From Octopus sinensis (Eukaryota), in NCBI RefSeq assembly GCF_006345805.1, contig NC_043013.1, positions 42,966,001 to 43,030,000 of the forward strand: a stretch of DNA of 64,000 nt. The letters run 5' to 3'. Made by a program: the position numbers and the translations under genes. Shown here piece after piece: positions 33,901-45,350 of this stretch (position 1 is its first letter; every line of letters starts with the position of its first letter). Below the pieces are notes generated by a model that saw only the letters and a list, made by a program, of their open reading frames with translations, did no database searches and had not been told where the DNA came from.

Positions 33901-36900
33901 CTTCTGTCTTTCTGTCTCACTCTAACCTTCCATCACCTGACACAAGATCACCTTTCCAATGCCCTGTCCTCTTTCAAAGATTCCTTGTCTTGCAAAGTTA
34001 CTTGGTGACCCTGCCAGTGCAGGTGTCACTTAAAAAGCACCCAGTCCACACTGTAAAGTGGTCGGCATTTGGAAGGGCATCCAGCTGTAAAAAACCATGC
34101 CAAAACAGACAGAGAAGCATGGTGCAGGCTCCTACCTGGCCAACTCTTGTCAAACCGTCCAACCCATGCCGGTCTGAAGGGGATGTTAAATGATGATATA
34201 AATCACATAGCTTTCTACACACACACACACATATATATATAAAATATCACACATTTTTAAACCATCAGCATTATTGATGATAATTGTCTAACTAGCTTAT
34301 TTATTTACTTTATTTACATTGTTCAGAGTGACATGGGAATGTCTGTACAACCTGAGCAAATAATTGCCAAAAATCTTTGTTTGAATCTACTGATTTATTG
34401 GTTTTCTTACCAATGTACATCAATGAATGATATACATGTACTCATCTATATGAAGAGCTTCCACACAATTTCTGTCAACCAAATTTTACCTACATGGCAT
34501 TGATCATCCTGCAGCTATGGTGGAGTACAATTTCCCTAGATGTCATAGATTGAAAGCAAACCTGGATTTAGGAGTTTCAGAAGCATACTTGTCCATGCAG
34601 CCATGCTAAATATCTGCTGAAAACATTTAATGTTCTTAACCTATAGTAACCTTCTTGCTTCTAAGCATGGGTCAGGTGGAGTTTATTGAGGCTGATTTAT
34701 GGCCTGATGCATCTTTCTGTTGCCAACCCTCATCTGATTCCAGTGAAAGTAATATTTCTTCATGGCTAGACATTTTTTGACATAATATTGGAAGTTAATG
34801 ATACTATTTATTTGGAAGTGACACTTGTTCATAACTATTATACAATGTCAAGACAAGGAGAGACACAAAGAAACACTCACACAGACATATGCACATATAT
34901 ACCACAGACTTCCTTCAGTTTCTCTCTATCAAATGCATTACAAGGCCTTTGTAGATTTGGGGCTATAGTAGAAGACTGTCATCCAAAGTGCTATGCTGTG
35001 GGACTGAACCTGTAACCATGTGGTTGGGAAGCCCTCTGTATTGGCAGTGTTGATAAGTATTGAATACATATCAAAGTAAATTTTCAAGTATAAACTTTTA
35101 AATTAAAAAAAATTTAATTTTGCTTTTGTTTTTGTCTACATCAGGTTGTTGGTGCCAAAGTAGTGACAAATGCACGAAGCCCTGGTGCTCGATGTTATGG
35201 TTTTGTAACTATGTCTTCTTCACATGAAGCTACTAAATGTATTCAACATTTGAATCAGACTGAACTGCATGGCCGTATGATATCCGTTGAAAGGGTGAGT
35301 TATCCCAAGTTCATTGTTTTGTCTATAGACCAGGTTGTCAGATAGTCATTAAGTGTATGGTTGCACTGAAATTAATCTGTTTTGTGATTGTAAACTGGTG
35401 CAAACACACACACTCGAAGGTAATATGTGGAGCAGAGTGCTTGCATTAGTAGTGGAATGTTGTTGATTCATAGTTGGTATTAGAATCAAGAAGGAACAGA
35501 GCTGTGATGCATATGAAGGAAGCAGAAAGTGCTTCATTAGGGATGTAACAGATGCCTGTGAGAGAAGGTTTGAAACTGAGAGCAAAGAATAAACCCTTAG
35601 TGAATAATAAAACAATATTGTTATTGCATAGTTTGGGTGACTTACAGCTGCACATGGTTTGATGGCAACAAGGATAATGGAAGAAAGATGTTATGCTACA
35701 GTGAGGGCAATAAACCAAGATTTTTCTGGAAGCATCAGTGCTGCTTGGTACCTCTGAAAGGACTGATATGTATGTAAACTATAGATATGTTTCAATAAAC
35801 TACTTCTGTATGAGTAGTGTGTGGTGGATATATATATATATATATGTGTATGTATTTAAATGATAAACACAGAGGCGATGACAAGTGAACAAGACCTTTG
35901 ACAATTTGCTGTGCTTGAGAAGACGTATCAAGCCAAGTGAAATTGTAGTCGTGGTCAGTGCCGGTGAGATGTAAAAGGCACCAGTGCCGGTGCCACATTA
36001 AAAGCACCTGCTAAAATCTTGGAGTGGTTAGCGTTAGTAAGGGCATCCAACTGTAGAAAATATGACAAATGAGACTGGAGCCTGTTGCAGCTCTCTGGCT
36101 TACCAGTCCCAGTCAGACCCATGCCAGCATTTAAAATGGACACTAAATGATGATGATGATGATGATGATGAAGCATAATGTACTGTTGTAGATGTTGTTC
36201 GGTGGCACCAGTCATGATCAAAGAAACATGTTGGGTGTAGGTGGTTGATTGAGTTATTGGATATGATCCATAGATCCAGCACTCTTTGTATACCTACCAT
36301 TCTTCTGTCTGGGTGATGATCACATTGACATTGTGATTTGTAGAAGTTTATTGTATGAGGTGTGTTGTAGCAGTTTACGTATCATCGTTTTTACACCAAT
36401 TTTTCCATATTGACATCAGTTAGGTAGGAATCCTAGCATCTTGCTACTCGTTTCAGTCCTTCGTCATTTTGGACCAGCAGCAATACTCAAGACTGCTTGC
36501 ATTACTATTGTGTTAGTCATGTTTAGTTTTTAGTGTGGCCTTAATAGCAAGTCATCCTTTCTGTCACCAACCACTTTACAGTGTAGCGCAGGTGCATTTA
36601 TCATGCCACTGGAAATTAAGAACTTCTCTGTGTCAATTCTTACTCGTCATTTCTTTTCAAGACAGGTTGTTTTTGCTACAGATTGTGGTATCTGTACCTT
36701 TCTTTTATGCAGACGTGGGCCAAGTGAACTCCTCTTTTTTATCTCTAGTATTTGAAACTTACAAGGTTTTCTTTTTAAGGTTCTTTGCCAATCAAGGTTG
36801 ACCTTTTTATTTTGTGTGTTGTCCACACATGCATGTTTTCACTTTCCATATCACCAATGTTATGGTAAGGAGAAAAAAAAAAACACCGTTTTTGAGGACA

Positions 36901-39900
36901 CCAAAGCTTTCTACTAGTGCCTTCACAAACATCATTTTAGAATGCAAAGGACCAGAAACAAGTGTTGCAAGCATTTTGTTCAACACTAACAGTTCTGTCC
37001 CTCTGAACCGGATTGGCCGTGAAAGGTTGGAAGGTGAAGTTGACTTTGGCATAATGTGAACTTAGTGCGCAGGTAGTTGGAACAAATATTGCTAAGCACT
37101 CTCATAAACCCCTTACAGCTATACCAAATTTCTCTCTTAATCCTTTTAGATACTAATCCTCCTTAGACCTCTCTTGGTCCTAGAATAATAACTTCCTATT
37201 TTAAAATGATCTAAATTAAAACCTTTCAATCAAAACTTCATGTTAATTTATGTTCCATTAATGATAAGGTTATATTACTAAATTCTTCATTATTTTCAAA
37301 ATTAAATGAAACAATATCAGTGTGTTGCAATAGAAATTTTGTAACATAAGGGTTAATGAAATGATTAATGCTGCTGCTATTTTGGTGGTTTTGTGTGAGA
37401 TATACTGGAGAATATATGAGGAGTGTTATGTATGTAATATATGATGAAGACATTAGCAGTAAACTAGTAGTGTAGAGATGTAATGTTTTTTGTTTTCTTT
37501 TTAGGCTAGAAATGAACCGGGAGCTCAGATAATTAAAATGCCAGAAACAAAAACAGCAGAAAAAAAAGGAGAAAAGGCTGAAGTGAAGAAAGACGGTAAG
37601 ATTTTTTTCAGAGGTTGATGTTTGTGCTGCTTATAAAATTTAGTAACAGAATTCTAATAGGGATCATCTACAAATTGCTCTAATGGAGCGATTTGTAGAT
37701 GATCTTGGTGTTTAATCTTTTTGATATGAACCTGCCTGAGACCATTCTTGGCTCTATGATAAGATTTTATTATTTTAGAGTGAACCAAGTTAAAACCATC
37801 CTTCAAATGTTCATTTGTTTCAAACATTAACTTAATAAGTTATTTGGCTAAATTCTTCAATTCTCTGAAAATTAATTTAAACAAAGCCAGCAAGCATATC
37901 CCCACAGAAATATGGTAACAAAATGATTAATGTTACTAAGCAGTAAATTTAACAAAATCACTATGTATACGATCCAGAGGGCTCTATATTGATTGAATAT
38001 AAAATAGATTAGTACCTAACTATTCAGTTGGTACTATATGTTTCTGTATGTATGAGTGAATGTATATAGATTCTAACTGTGTTTGTATGTGTGTTGTTTT
38101 ATTTTTTACAGAGAAAAAAGTTGGTGATAAGAAAGAAGGAGTGAAAAAAGTTGACAAAAAGGAGCCAAAGAAAGATGACAAAGACAAGCGACTGCTCAAC
38201 AGAAGGGATGATAAATACAGGAGAATATCCAGCAGGAGAAGCGACAAAGATAGGAAGACATCCAGCAGGAAAGATGATAAAAAACTTCCTTGCAACAGCA
38301 GCAGTCATCATAAACCATCAGGTCAGTCTCTAAAAGTTTAATCAAATGCATGTGTGTGTGTATGTGTGTGCATGCATGCTTTGTCCAAGACTTACTGCCC
38401 TGAAGACAATATTGTACTATTAGGTTGAGGAAAAATTTTGTGCACTGTGTTAAAATAGTGAACTGAATGAACTCACACACATCACAAAAATATATAAAAA
38501 AGCATTATTTTAACACAGCGCATGAACTTTTTCCTCAATCTAATATTTATCCTGCTTGATTATACTGATAAAATTTGTTGGGGATAAATTTGACTACTTT
38601 TCTTGTATTTCTATTTGTAAGTTGTTTTGATGACTTACTTTGTGAAAATGTTTCAGATAAAACTCATGTGACTACACCAAATAAAAGTACAGCTAAACCA
38701 ACAACAAGTTTGAAGCCAGCTACAAAAGAAGACTCTGAGAAAAGTGCAAAGCCTGCATCTCCATCATCAGCAAGCATCAAAGAGAAGGCTTCTGGTACAC
38801 CAAAGCCTAAATCACAGGGGTCTACTACCTCTTCTGCCAAGAAAGATATTTTATCATTTGATCAAATAAAAGTACGTATGATTTTATGTTTGTGCTTCTT
38901 AGTGTGTTTAATGGATGTCATATAAGTGTTTAGTTGAGGCTGTCAGACAATTGACTTAAGTATAATAGAATTTTTTAAAATGCTGTTTTGAAACTAGAAT
39001 GAATAACATTTAATTACTCCACCCAAAATTAATGTGTTATCATTGATGTCAGGCTGAAACTAGAGTTACTCTGAAAGTGATCACTAGTCAGTGTGTTCTT
39101 TTGAAATGTGGTGTTTCTCAATCAAAGTTTTAGAGTGTAGCAAAACTGAGATGTAATCTTAGGTGGATGCTTCAGTGATGCTGTTGCAGTATAGAATATG
39201 TGAAGACATTTCAAACCAGATTGGATGAAAGTAGGTGAAATATTATTTTATGAGAATAGAAGCACAGTGGGTTTGAGGATAAAGTACTGGACTACTGGCA
39301 ACACGATTAGAAGTTCAAATCTTTCTGCAGCTGTTATGTTGTGTCCTATTTGCTACAACGTATTGCATAATTCTGCTTACTCAAGTTTCATTGATTGATA
39401 AAACTTATTCCACTGGTTGAGTCATTAGCAAGAGGTGGAAAATGCATGGGTGTAAAGCAAGGAATTCTTTTGTTCTATATCAGAAGATAAGAAGGTTTTA
39501 TGATGTCATTGTCTATAACAGAACATAAAGTCTGTAAGTTGTCAGACATATTGTTATATTAGTGTAGGTTTTATCTTTTGACATGTCATAATCTATATTA
39601 CATAGCCTTTCTAAGGTATATGTGGGGTTTTTTCTGTATTTATGTGGTTTGGTTTTGTACATTTTATGTTGTCTGTTTAATTCTTTGCTATTTAAAAAAA
39701 TCATTCTCATTTCATATTCCATATTATGAAAATAAAAACAAAAACTCCACCAAATTTCTTGACAGAAGGAAAGAGAACGACAACGTTTACATCAGAGACG
39801 AAGGCGTCTTAAAGAACAGGAGAGGCGTCATTTGAGAAAGCTTGATCAGGCTCGTTCGCTTCAGCAAGATTTTGATAGGAAACAGAAAGAAAAAGCTCTT

Positions 39901-42587
39901 AAATTGGAGAGAGTTAGGGAGGATTTAAGGTCTGTTGAAAGTTTGTAAAAATTTAGCTATTTAATGTTTACACTTACTGTACTATTTAATACACCTTGTT
40001 TCCATACTTATGGTGTATTAGCTTAAAGGCCCTATGAGGTGTCTTTTAATCTACTGACACAAAATAGGAAGATCTGCAAACAGATCTCTGGCTTGTTTTG
40101 TTGAATTTGTTGAAATTGCTTCCTCCGGAGTCATATCCCAAACATATTCGTCGTTAAAGATCATGTAAAAAATTCGCCGAAAATAATTGCTGGATTTTGC
40201 AATAAATTTCAATTATTCCCAAAATTTATTTCCAAGTTATAAAAAATGTTATGGTACAAAAAAATTAGTCACAGAAAATCACGTAAAAATATTGCCGAAA
40301 ACAGTTGCAGTTATGAAAACTTGGGAATCCAAAATTTCAGGATTGCAGGTCTGGATCTGACCCAGAATGTTTTTAATTTACTCACAGAGTATGATAATGG
40401 TATGATAAGTTGGGCTATGGCCTCTAGGAGTAAAGTTGAAAAAGTGTGACACACTGGCACACTGACATTCACATTTATTATATTAGATGATTAAGAATTT
40501 TCAAAGAATAACTGTTGTGTCTACTATTACATAACAATATCTATTGGTCCTCTTCATACTGTTTTTATATTTTTTCACAGGAGAGAGAGACAGAGATTAG
40601 AAAAAGAGTTATTGCAAACAGAAAGATATAAGTTGGCACAAGAGTTTCTTGAAAGGGAGAGAGTTCGTGAAGAGCAACATCGGGCTGAGCTGATGCGGTG
40701 AGTAAAACAGACATTATTACATTATTTTTTCTCTTAACTCAATGTGATCTGAATCAGTGTCTGTGAAAGAACTGCTTTACACAATATCTTCATCATGTGT
40801 CTGTTTTCCATGCTAGCATGGGTTTGGTGGTTTGACCAGAGCTGGTAAGACTAGGGGCCACACTAGGCTCCATTGTCTATTTTGATATGGTTTCTATGGC
40901 TGGTTACCCTTCCTAACACCAACCACTCCATAGTATGTACTGGGTGCTTTTAATGTGGCACCATTTTTAAGACATTAGTAAGAGATTGGTGTAGATGTGG
41001 CTACTGTTTCTAGCAGGGTCTCTCATTAGCTTGTTATGGCATTTTACTCTCCAATTGAAGCTGTTCACTGTCCAGTTGTAGGTGAATGTATCTTTACTAG
41101 TGACCGCCTTCATTGTTTATTGTTAACATCATTTCATTTTGTTATTTAATCATAGGTTAGAAGAAATGAGACGTTCCATGAAAAGACCTTATGAGGAAGA
41201 ATTATGGGATGAACCAAAACGATCCAGGATGAGCAATTCCAGTAACCCTTCTAGATTTGAACTTCCATTCCAGAACGAATCTCGGTAAGTTGTGTGTGAC
41301 AGAGGCATTCTTATTACTGAAACTGTTAGATTTCCGTTTCTTCACTTTGATCTCTCATATGTACTTGTGTGTGTGTTTGTATTTATTAATTTATTTACAT
41401 GTCTTATTTCGTGTGTTTTTATTTCTCAGCTATAGGGAATATGAGCATGCAGATGATGAAAGACGTGTTGAGTGTTATGAGAGGAGGGAGAGTAGAACTT
41501 TGGACGGTGGAGGTCACTTTGATGAACGCAAAGAAAGAGAAATGACGAGAAGAGAGGTCAGTCATGTCCGAAATATTCGTGAACGAAATGAAAGACGAAC
41601 GGATGTCAGGTCTCGAACAGATGAAAATTTCAATCGGTAATTTTGTTGGCTTCTTTCTTTTATTAGTATTTTATTAGGGATACTGGAAAATAATGTTGTG
41701 GTTTTCATGAGGTATTTTAGTTAAATACTAATTCCTTCTCTGTACACTTTTCCAGATTTTTAAGATGTTCTTGACAAAGTTCGTAAAATTTCATGTTTGA
41801 GTCTATGACATAACCCCCTCAATTACTGCTTTTACTGTGTCATTACCAAGAACAATTAATCTTCCTGATTGATGTTTCATCAGTGATATCGCCATTCTTA
41901 AATTTGTTAAGCCATCTCTGTCATTATGGTACACTCACTCCATCAGGGTACAATAGTGCATAAGGTTTTTATCGTTTATGTTGCACTATTGATACTCTTT
42001 GTATACTGAATGTACACTTAATCTGTTGTTTAATATCACCACAAGACCCTTGTGTATCGGAGGGAAATCCACTCAATAGACACATAGTTTAATATTGGTG
42101 TATACACCAACTTCCATAAGGATATCAAAATATTATATATAGAATAGGTTTCTGAAGACGCCTGTGTTGAGATAATTTTCTACCTTTGTGTTTAATTTAC
42201 CTCTATTTTCAGGACACCCTATGAATTCAGAAGAGATACAGGACTAAGTCGAGAAAGATTCATTAGCTCTGATCAAGGACGAGATTCTGACAGACGAAAT
42301 ATTTCAGCTCATGATAGATTAGGCCGAGTGAGAAGTTCTCCTGGTAAGTTTTCATTGTTTTCTTACTGTATATATTTATCTGAAACTGTCTATTTCTCTA
42401 TTCCTTTCTCCAATTGCGTCCTTTCCTCTGCATATCTTACTTATTGATGTATATTGTTTTATTCTGTCTTATTCTGTTGGATTTGGATGTTCCTATTTAA
42501 TCTAAATAATTAGTTAATAAATTATATGAATTGGTATTATCTGGAAGTTGATGATTGAAAGAAATCATTTCCTCCATTTTCTTATTT

Positions 42588-42622
<35 letters not shown>

Positions 42623-43119
42623 CTCTAGCTCACATTAGTTTATGTTTCTTAGTACATCACCTCAGCTGTATTCTTTTCCATATCTCTATCTGTATATTCA
42701 TGAATCTCTCTCATTGTTCTGTTTTAAAAAAGTCATCTCTCATTGTTCTGTTTTAAAATTATATTTTCTTCCTTTCAGTTGGTGGACCTGACCAGAGACC
42801 TTGGGGTTCTGGCGGTGTAGATAGGAAAGTGGACAACTGGTCCCACATGCAAGGAAACGTTGGCAACAGTGGCATGAACCGATCCAATGGCCGGTGGCTT
42901 GGGGATTCCATGAACACAACTGGCCATAATGCCACAGGAGCATTTGTTGACAATGGTAGACCCGGTAACAATGAAGGGATGGGGCAGAACTCGAGACCTG
43001 GTAACATGTTTAGCAGCTCTCAGTCACAAGGTGGGATGATGATGAATACACATGGTGGTGGTAATTTTGGTGGTAATAACATGGGTGGTCGAATGCAACA
43101 GCCTTGTTTTGATGCTTAA
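8893..43119 (+). CDS. SAFB: SAFB/SLTM-family gene, copy A (20 coding exons, ~1019 aa)
   Basis: SAP domain, RRM nearly identical to the SAFB RRM ([54 protein letters not shown]), [10 protein letters not shown] coil, KRPY; exon lengths sum to 3060 nt with compatible phases. Confidence 0.95.
9929..11377. mobile_element. Degenerate fold-back DNA transposon (GGTTAA..TTAACC ends), related to 48898-50823
   Basis: GGTTAATATCTACTTTTAACACCTGGCTACCAAAAC versus GTTTTGGTGGCCAGGTGTTAAACTAGATTTTAACC; flanks TAAAATAT / TAAAAAAT; inner inverted arms ~10200-10380 versus ~11160-11330. Confidence 0.75.
11395..11900 (+). mobile_element. Decayed Ty3/gypsy gag remnant
   Basis: [48 protein letters not shown] followed by degenerate CYRC..H..CPA..C zinc-knuckle; broken frame. 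Confidence 0.65.
12947..14185 (+). mobile_element. Near full-length defective mariner transposon
   Basis: TIRs ATTGGGTCATCCCATAAATAATG / CATTATTTATAGGATGACCCAAT; HTH region [55 protein letters not shown]; stops and frameshifts. Confidence 0.92.
14612..14915 (+). mobile_element. SINE family 1 copy
   Basis: Matches 1655-2043. Confidence 0.8.
15540..15955 (-). mobile_element. Tc1/mariner-type transposase C-terminal remnant
   Basis: [32 protein letters not shown] on the minus strand; GGACACCCTGTGTA terminus-like motif. Confidence 0.45.
16050..16122 (+). CDS. SAFB: SAFB-A exon 2
   Basis: CAG|[24 protein letters not shown]|GTGAGT; paralogue at 53854. Confidence 0.85.
16422..16640 (-). mobile_element. 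SINE family 3 ((GAT)n-tailed, RTE-LINE-like 3' end) copy
   Basis: CATCATCGTTTAGCGTCCGCTTTCCATGC..GGATGCCCTTCCTAACGCCAACC; other copies at 18880, 33980, 35990, 40800, 43990, 56240. Confidence 0.75.
17512..17733 (+). mobile_element. piggyBac-like MITE (TTAA-flanked, CCCTTTAGCATT-type TIR)
   Basis: TTAATCCTTTAGCATTT...AAATGCTAAAGGGTTAA; copies at 17971-18189 and 60722-60926. Confidence 0.75.
17971..18189 (-). mobile_element. Second MITE copy, inverted relative to 17512-17733
   Basis: Reverse complement aligns along its whole length. Confidence 0.75.
18226..18251 (+). CDS. SAFB: SAFB-A exon 3 (26-nt micro-exon)
   Basis: TTTTTCAG|(N)ATDLGENE|GTAATA; phase 1 to 0; 29-nt counterpart at 54741. Confidence 0.7.
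18600..18651 (+). CDS. SAFB: SAFB-A exon 4
   Basis: TTTTTAG|[17 protein letters not shown]|GTAAGT; 52 nt, same length as 55303-55354. Confidence 0.8.
19014..19400. repeat. 26-bp minisatellite (~15 units) expanded inside a family 3 SINE
   Basis: Unit GTCACCAGCATGGGTGCCTTTAACAT. Confidence 0.9.
20099..20127 (+). CDS. SAFB: SAFB-A exon 5 (29 nt)
   Basis: TTTCCAG|(Q)NKSTADMDE|GTTGGT; paralogue at 58193. Confidence 0.8.
20610..20840 (+). mobile_element. RTE-like LINE 3' end remnant
   Basis: Degenerate [23 protein letters not shown]; similar piece at 27895-28250. Confidence 0.55.
20845..21200 (+). mobile_element. SINE family 1 copy
   Basis: Matches 1655-2043. Confidence 0.8.
21472..21842. repeat. 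Inverted repeat (~110-bp arms), Penelope-like terminal arrangement
   Basis: TGATTTACTCTCCAGCC..CATCAGGTGTCC..TTTGAACCCA..CATTCCTAAGG versus CCTTAGGAATG..TGGGTTCAAA..GGACACCTGATG..GGCTGGAGAGTAAATCA; family assignment is inference. Confidence 0.8.
22007..22231 (+). CDS. SAFB: SAFB-A exon 6
   Basis: TTTTCAG|[36 protein letters not shown]|GTAAAC; clear paralogue at 59260. Confidence 0.9.
22587..22620 (+). CDS. SAFB: SAFB-A exon 7 (34 nt)
   Basis: TTTTTCAG|[11 protein letters not shown]|GTATGT; same length as 59819-59852. Confidence 0.85.
24040..25441 (+). mobile_element. Defective Tc1-family transposon
   Basis: [70 protein letters not shown]; imperfect CAG..CAAATTATTA ends. Confidence 0.88.
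29254..29848 (+). CDS. SAFB: SAFB-A exon 8 (S/E/K-rich, internal 45-nt repeats)
   Basis: TTTCTGTAG|, 595-nt open frame ending KDDKDVKSK(S)|GTTGGT; contains [15 protein letters not shown]. Confidence 0.9.
31257..32131 (-). mobile_element. Internally deleted mariner element
   Basis: TIRs CGAGGGGGTACCCAAAAG / CTTTTGGGTACCCCCTC; minus-strand remnant [42 protein letters not shown]. Confidence 0.85.
32352..32392 (+). CDS. SAFB: SAFB-A exon 9 (41 nt)
   Basis: TTGCAG|[13 protein letters not shown]|GTAAGT; bridges phase 2 to phase 1. Confidence 0.8.
32537..32631 (+). CDS. SAFB: SAFB-A exon 10 (RRM N-half)
   Basis: [31 protein letters not shown]|GTATGC. Confidence 0.95.
32860..33450 (+). mobile_element. 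Degenerate Helitron Rep-region fragment
   Basis: [86 protein letters not shown]. Confidence 0.85.
35145..35294 (+). CDS. SAFB: SAFB-A exon 11 (RRM C-half)
   Basis: [50 protein letters not shown]|GTGAGT. Confidence 0.97.
37505..37595 (+). CDS. SAFB: SAFB-A exon 12
   Basis: TTTTTAG|[30 protein letters not shown]|GTAAGA (cf. the AKNEP motif that follows the SAFB RRM). Confidence 0.9.
38112..38321 (+). CDS. SAFB: SAFB-A exon 13 (K/D/R-rich)
   Basis: TTTTACAG|[18 protein letters not shown]|GTCAGT. Confidence 0.88.
38657..38871 (+). CDS. SAFB: SAFB-A exon 14
   Basis: TTTCAG|[23 protein letters not shown]|GTACGT. Confidence 0.9.
39766..39929 (+). CDS. SAFB: SAFB-A exon 15 (R/E coil)
   Basis: GACAG|[30 protein letters not shown]|GTCTGT. 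Confidence 0.9.
40581..40697 (+). CDS. SAFB: SAFB-A exon 16
   Basis: TTTCACAG|[38 protein letters not shown]|GTGAGT. Confidence 0.9.
41156..41284 (+). CDS. SAFB: SAFB-A exon 17
   Basis: CATAG|[29 protein letters not shown]|GTAAGT. Confidence 0.88.
41430..41636 (+). CDS. SAFB: SAFB-A exon 18
   Basis: TTTCTCAG|[19 protein letters not shown]|GTAATT. Confidence 0.88.
42213..42343 (+). CDS. SAFB: SAFB-A exon 19
   Basis: TTTTCAG|[26 protein letters not shown]|GTAAGT. Confidence 0.85.
42779..43119 (+). CDS. SAFB: SAFB-A exon 20 (terminal, G/N/M-rich)
   Basis: CCTTTCAG|[33 protein letters not shown]. Confidence 0.88.
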
Positions 43120-43228
43120 AAGGTTATGAGGCTTGTGTGAAACTCAAACTGAGGACTTTGTTACAGGTGGAGATGGAAGTCAGAGCAGGGTGTTTGTCTA
43201 GGAGGATCAGATGGAATCTGAGACACAG

Positions 43229-43234
43229 AATAAA
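43229..43234 (+). promoter_or_regulatory. Candidate polyadenylation signal of SAFB-A (another at 43623-43628)
   Basis: AATAAA 110 nt after the stop codon; usage unknown. Confidence 0.3.
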
Positions 43235-44934
43235 ACCTTCCTTTACTGTCACATATTCTCCATTCCAGTTGTCATTTTCTCTTCAGTTCTTGGACATCTC
43301 ATCATTCTTTCTGTTCATATTTATCATATTTAACATATAACACATACACACACACACCACATACACTCTGTCTTCTTTATATCACAATCTCTACCCACTA
43401 TTTGTAGTCTTAATGTATTTATTTCCTATGTATATGTTGCTATATTTTATCTCTAATATTCTTCCTCCTCCTTCATGCAATTGAATGTATTAATGAGAGA
43501 GAAGTGAGTGGAAGAGAGAACAAATAGACTGTATTTATGAAAGCGGGGGAGCAGGGAAGAAGAGCAACCACAGACTGTTATAACAAAGTACAAGAGACCA
43601 CATAGAATGTAATATATGGAGAAATAAATTTTATTTGCTGTAAAACACATAAAGGATGTTATTACTGTTATTACTCTCTTGTTTTGTCCATTTTATTTTC
43701 TATATCAATTTATCTATTTTAATTTATTAGTTAGAAGGGAGAGCGTCCATAATAACATTTGCAGGTCTTTCTCCTGGGCTGGTGAGATGGATATGACTAA
43801 TAATTCCAGCCTGGACATCAGAGGAAAAAGTATTTAGTTTGCACATATTCAACTGTTGTCATTTATTCATTAATAATTCTTAAGAAAAAAAAATACCAGT
43901 ACTTGCACACCGAGAGTTTCTATGTTAGAAGTGTTGTAAAAACATCATTTCAGAATAATAATTATTAATGGAGCCTGTGGAAATTCCACAGTGTAAGCCA
44001 GCATGCTGGTGCCATGTAAAAAGCACCCAGGCCACTCTACAGAGTGGTTTGGGTGCTTTTACAAAGTGGTTGGCATCCAGCCATGAAAACCATGCCAAAA
44101 CAGACCTCACTGGTGCTGGTGCCATATAAAAAACACTCAGCTGACTCTGTAAGGTGGTTGGCATTAGGAAGGGCATGCAGCCATAAAAACTATGCCAAAA
44201 TAGACTGTGGAGCTTGGTGTAGTCTTCTGGCTACTCACCTCTTGTCAAACCGTCCAACCCATACCAGCATGGAAAACGGATATTCAATGATGATAATTAT
44301 TAAACACAAGCAAAGCATTTCAAAAACATTCTTTTGAAGTCCTGCCATTTAATGAAAACTGCTTTTAAATATAATTGAAATGAACTTGCAAGGTATTGCT
44401 TATTTACCTTCTTTAATATGTTTGATAGATATGATGTGCTTTATAGTTTAAGGAAATAAAAGATTAATTAAAATGATAAAACTTTAATACTTAAAAATAA
44501 ACTACTTTGTCCAGCTGCAATCAAAGCTCAGTCCAAGTTATTTACCACTTGAGATGATTTTAATTTCTTTTCAGTTCAGCTACCTGTATATCAATACATT
44601 TCGCTATCTGCATATGTATTGATATATCTATAGACTAACCTACTTATCTGCTAGCGAATTATTATATTTACTGTGCCTTATGCTGAGGTATATATCTGTC
44701 TATTCTCATTATACTGATAAGCATTTGAACCTAATAAGAAAAACAATGAATAGTGGTGCTCTAGCATTTGCTCTGGAACATGTTAAAGATAAAATTGTAA
44801 CATTAACTATTTGCTATGGTCATTTCACAAATTTAAGTATCTGTTAATATAGCTTTTTATGCATAAATTTATAGATCTTCATAGTATTGTTTCATTTGTG
44901 CCTATAGTTTGGACACACATGCAGAATAATATAG

Positions 44935-45317
44935 ACCTTCCCCCTCTTTAGTTCTGATAGTGATTCAGCAATAAGAACAAGGTCATCAGCATAGAGGAGC
45001 TCCTAAGGGCATCCAGTTTTAAGTTCTGTTATGGCCTGGAGGACTATGATAAACAAGAGAGGGCTGAGAAGTGATCCTTGGTGAACTCCTACCTGTACAC
45101 TCAGTTCCTTGCTATATTCATTGCTGACTTTCACCTTACTGACAGCATCCCTGTACATGGCTTGTACAGCTTTCACCAACCACTTATCTATCTGTAGCTT
45201 CCATATAGCCCAGCAGATAAGGGAGCAGGGGACCCTGTCAATGGCTTTCTCCATGTCTACAAAAGCCAAGTACAGAGGTTTATTTTTGGCTAAATACTTC
45301 TTCTGAAATTGCCTCAT
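44935..45317 (-). mobile_element. RTE-clade LINE reverse-transcriptase fragment
   Basis: LYLAFVDMEKAIDRVP..VQVGVHQGSLLSPLLFIIVL..ELLYADDLVL. Confidence 0.9.
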
Positions 45318-45350
45318 GTAGTTACAAATGCACTAAATTTGAAAAGGAAG

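Noticed and set aside
43167-43340. Additional terminal exon after TTGTTACAG
   Set aside because: It lies after the in-frame stop, has no matching donor and no recognisable peptide; treated as 3'UTR
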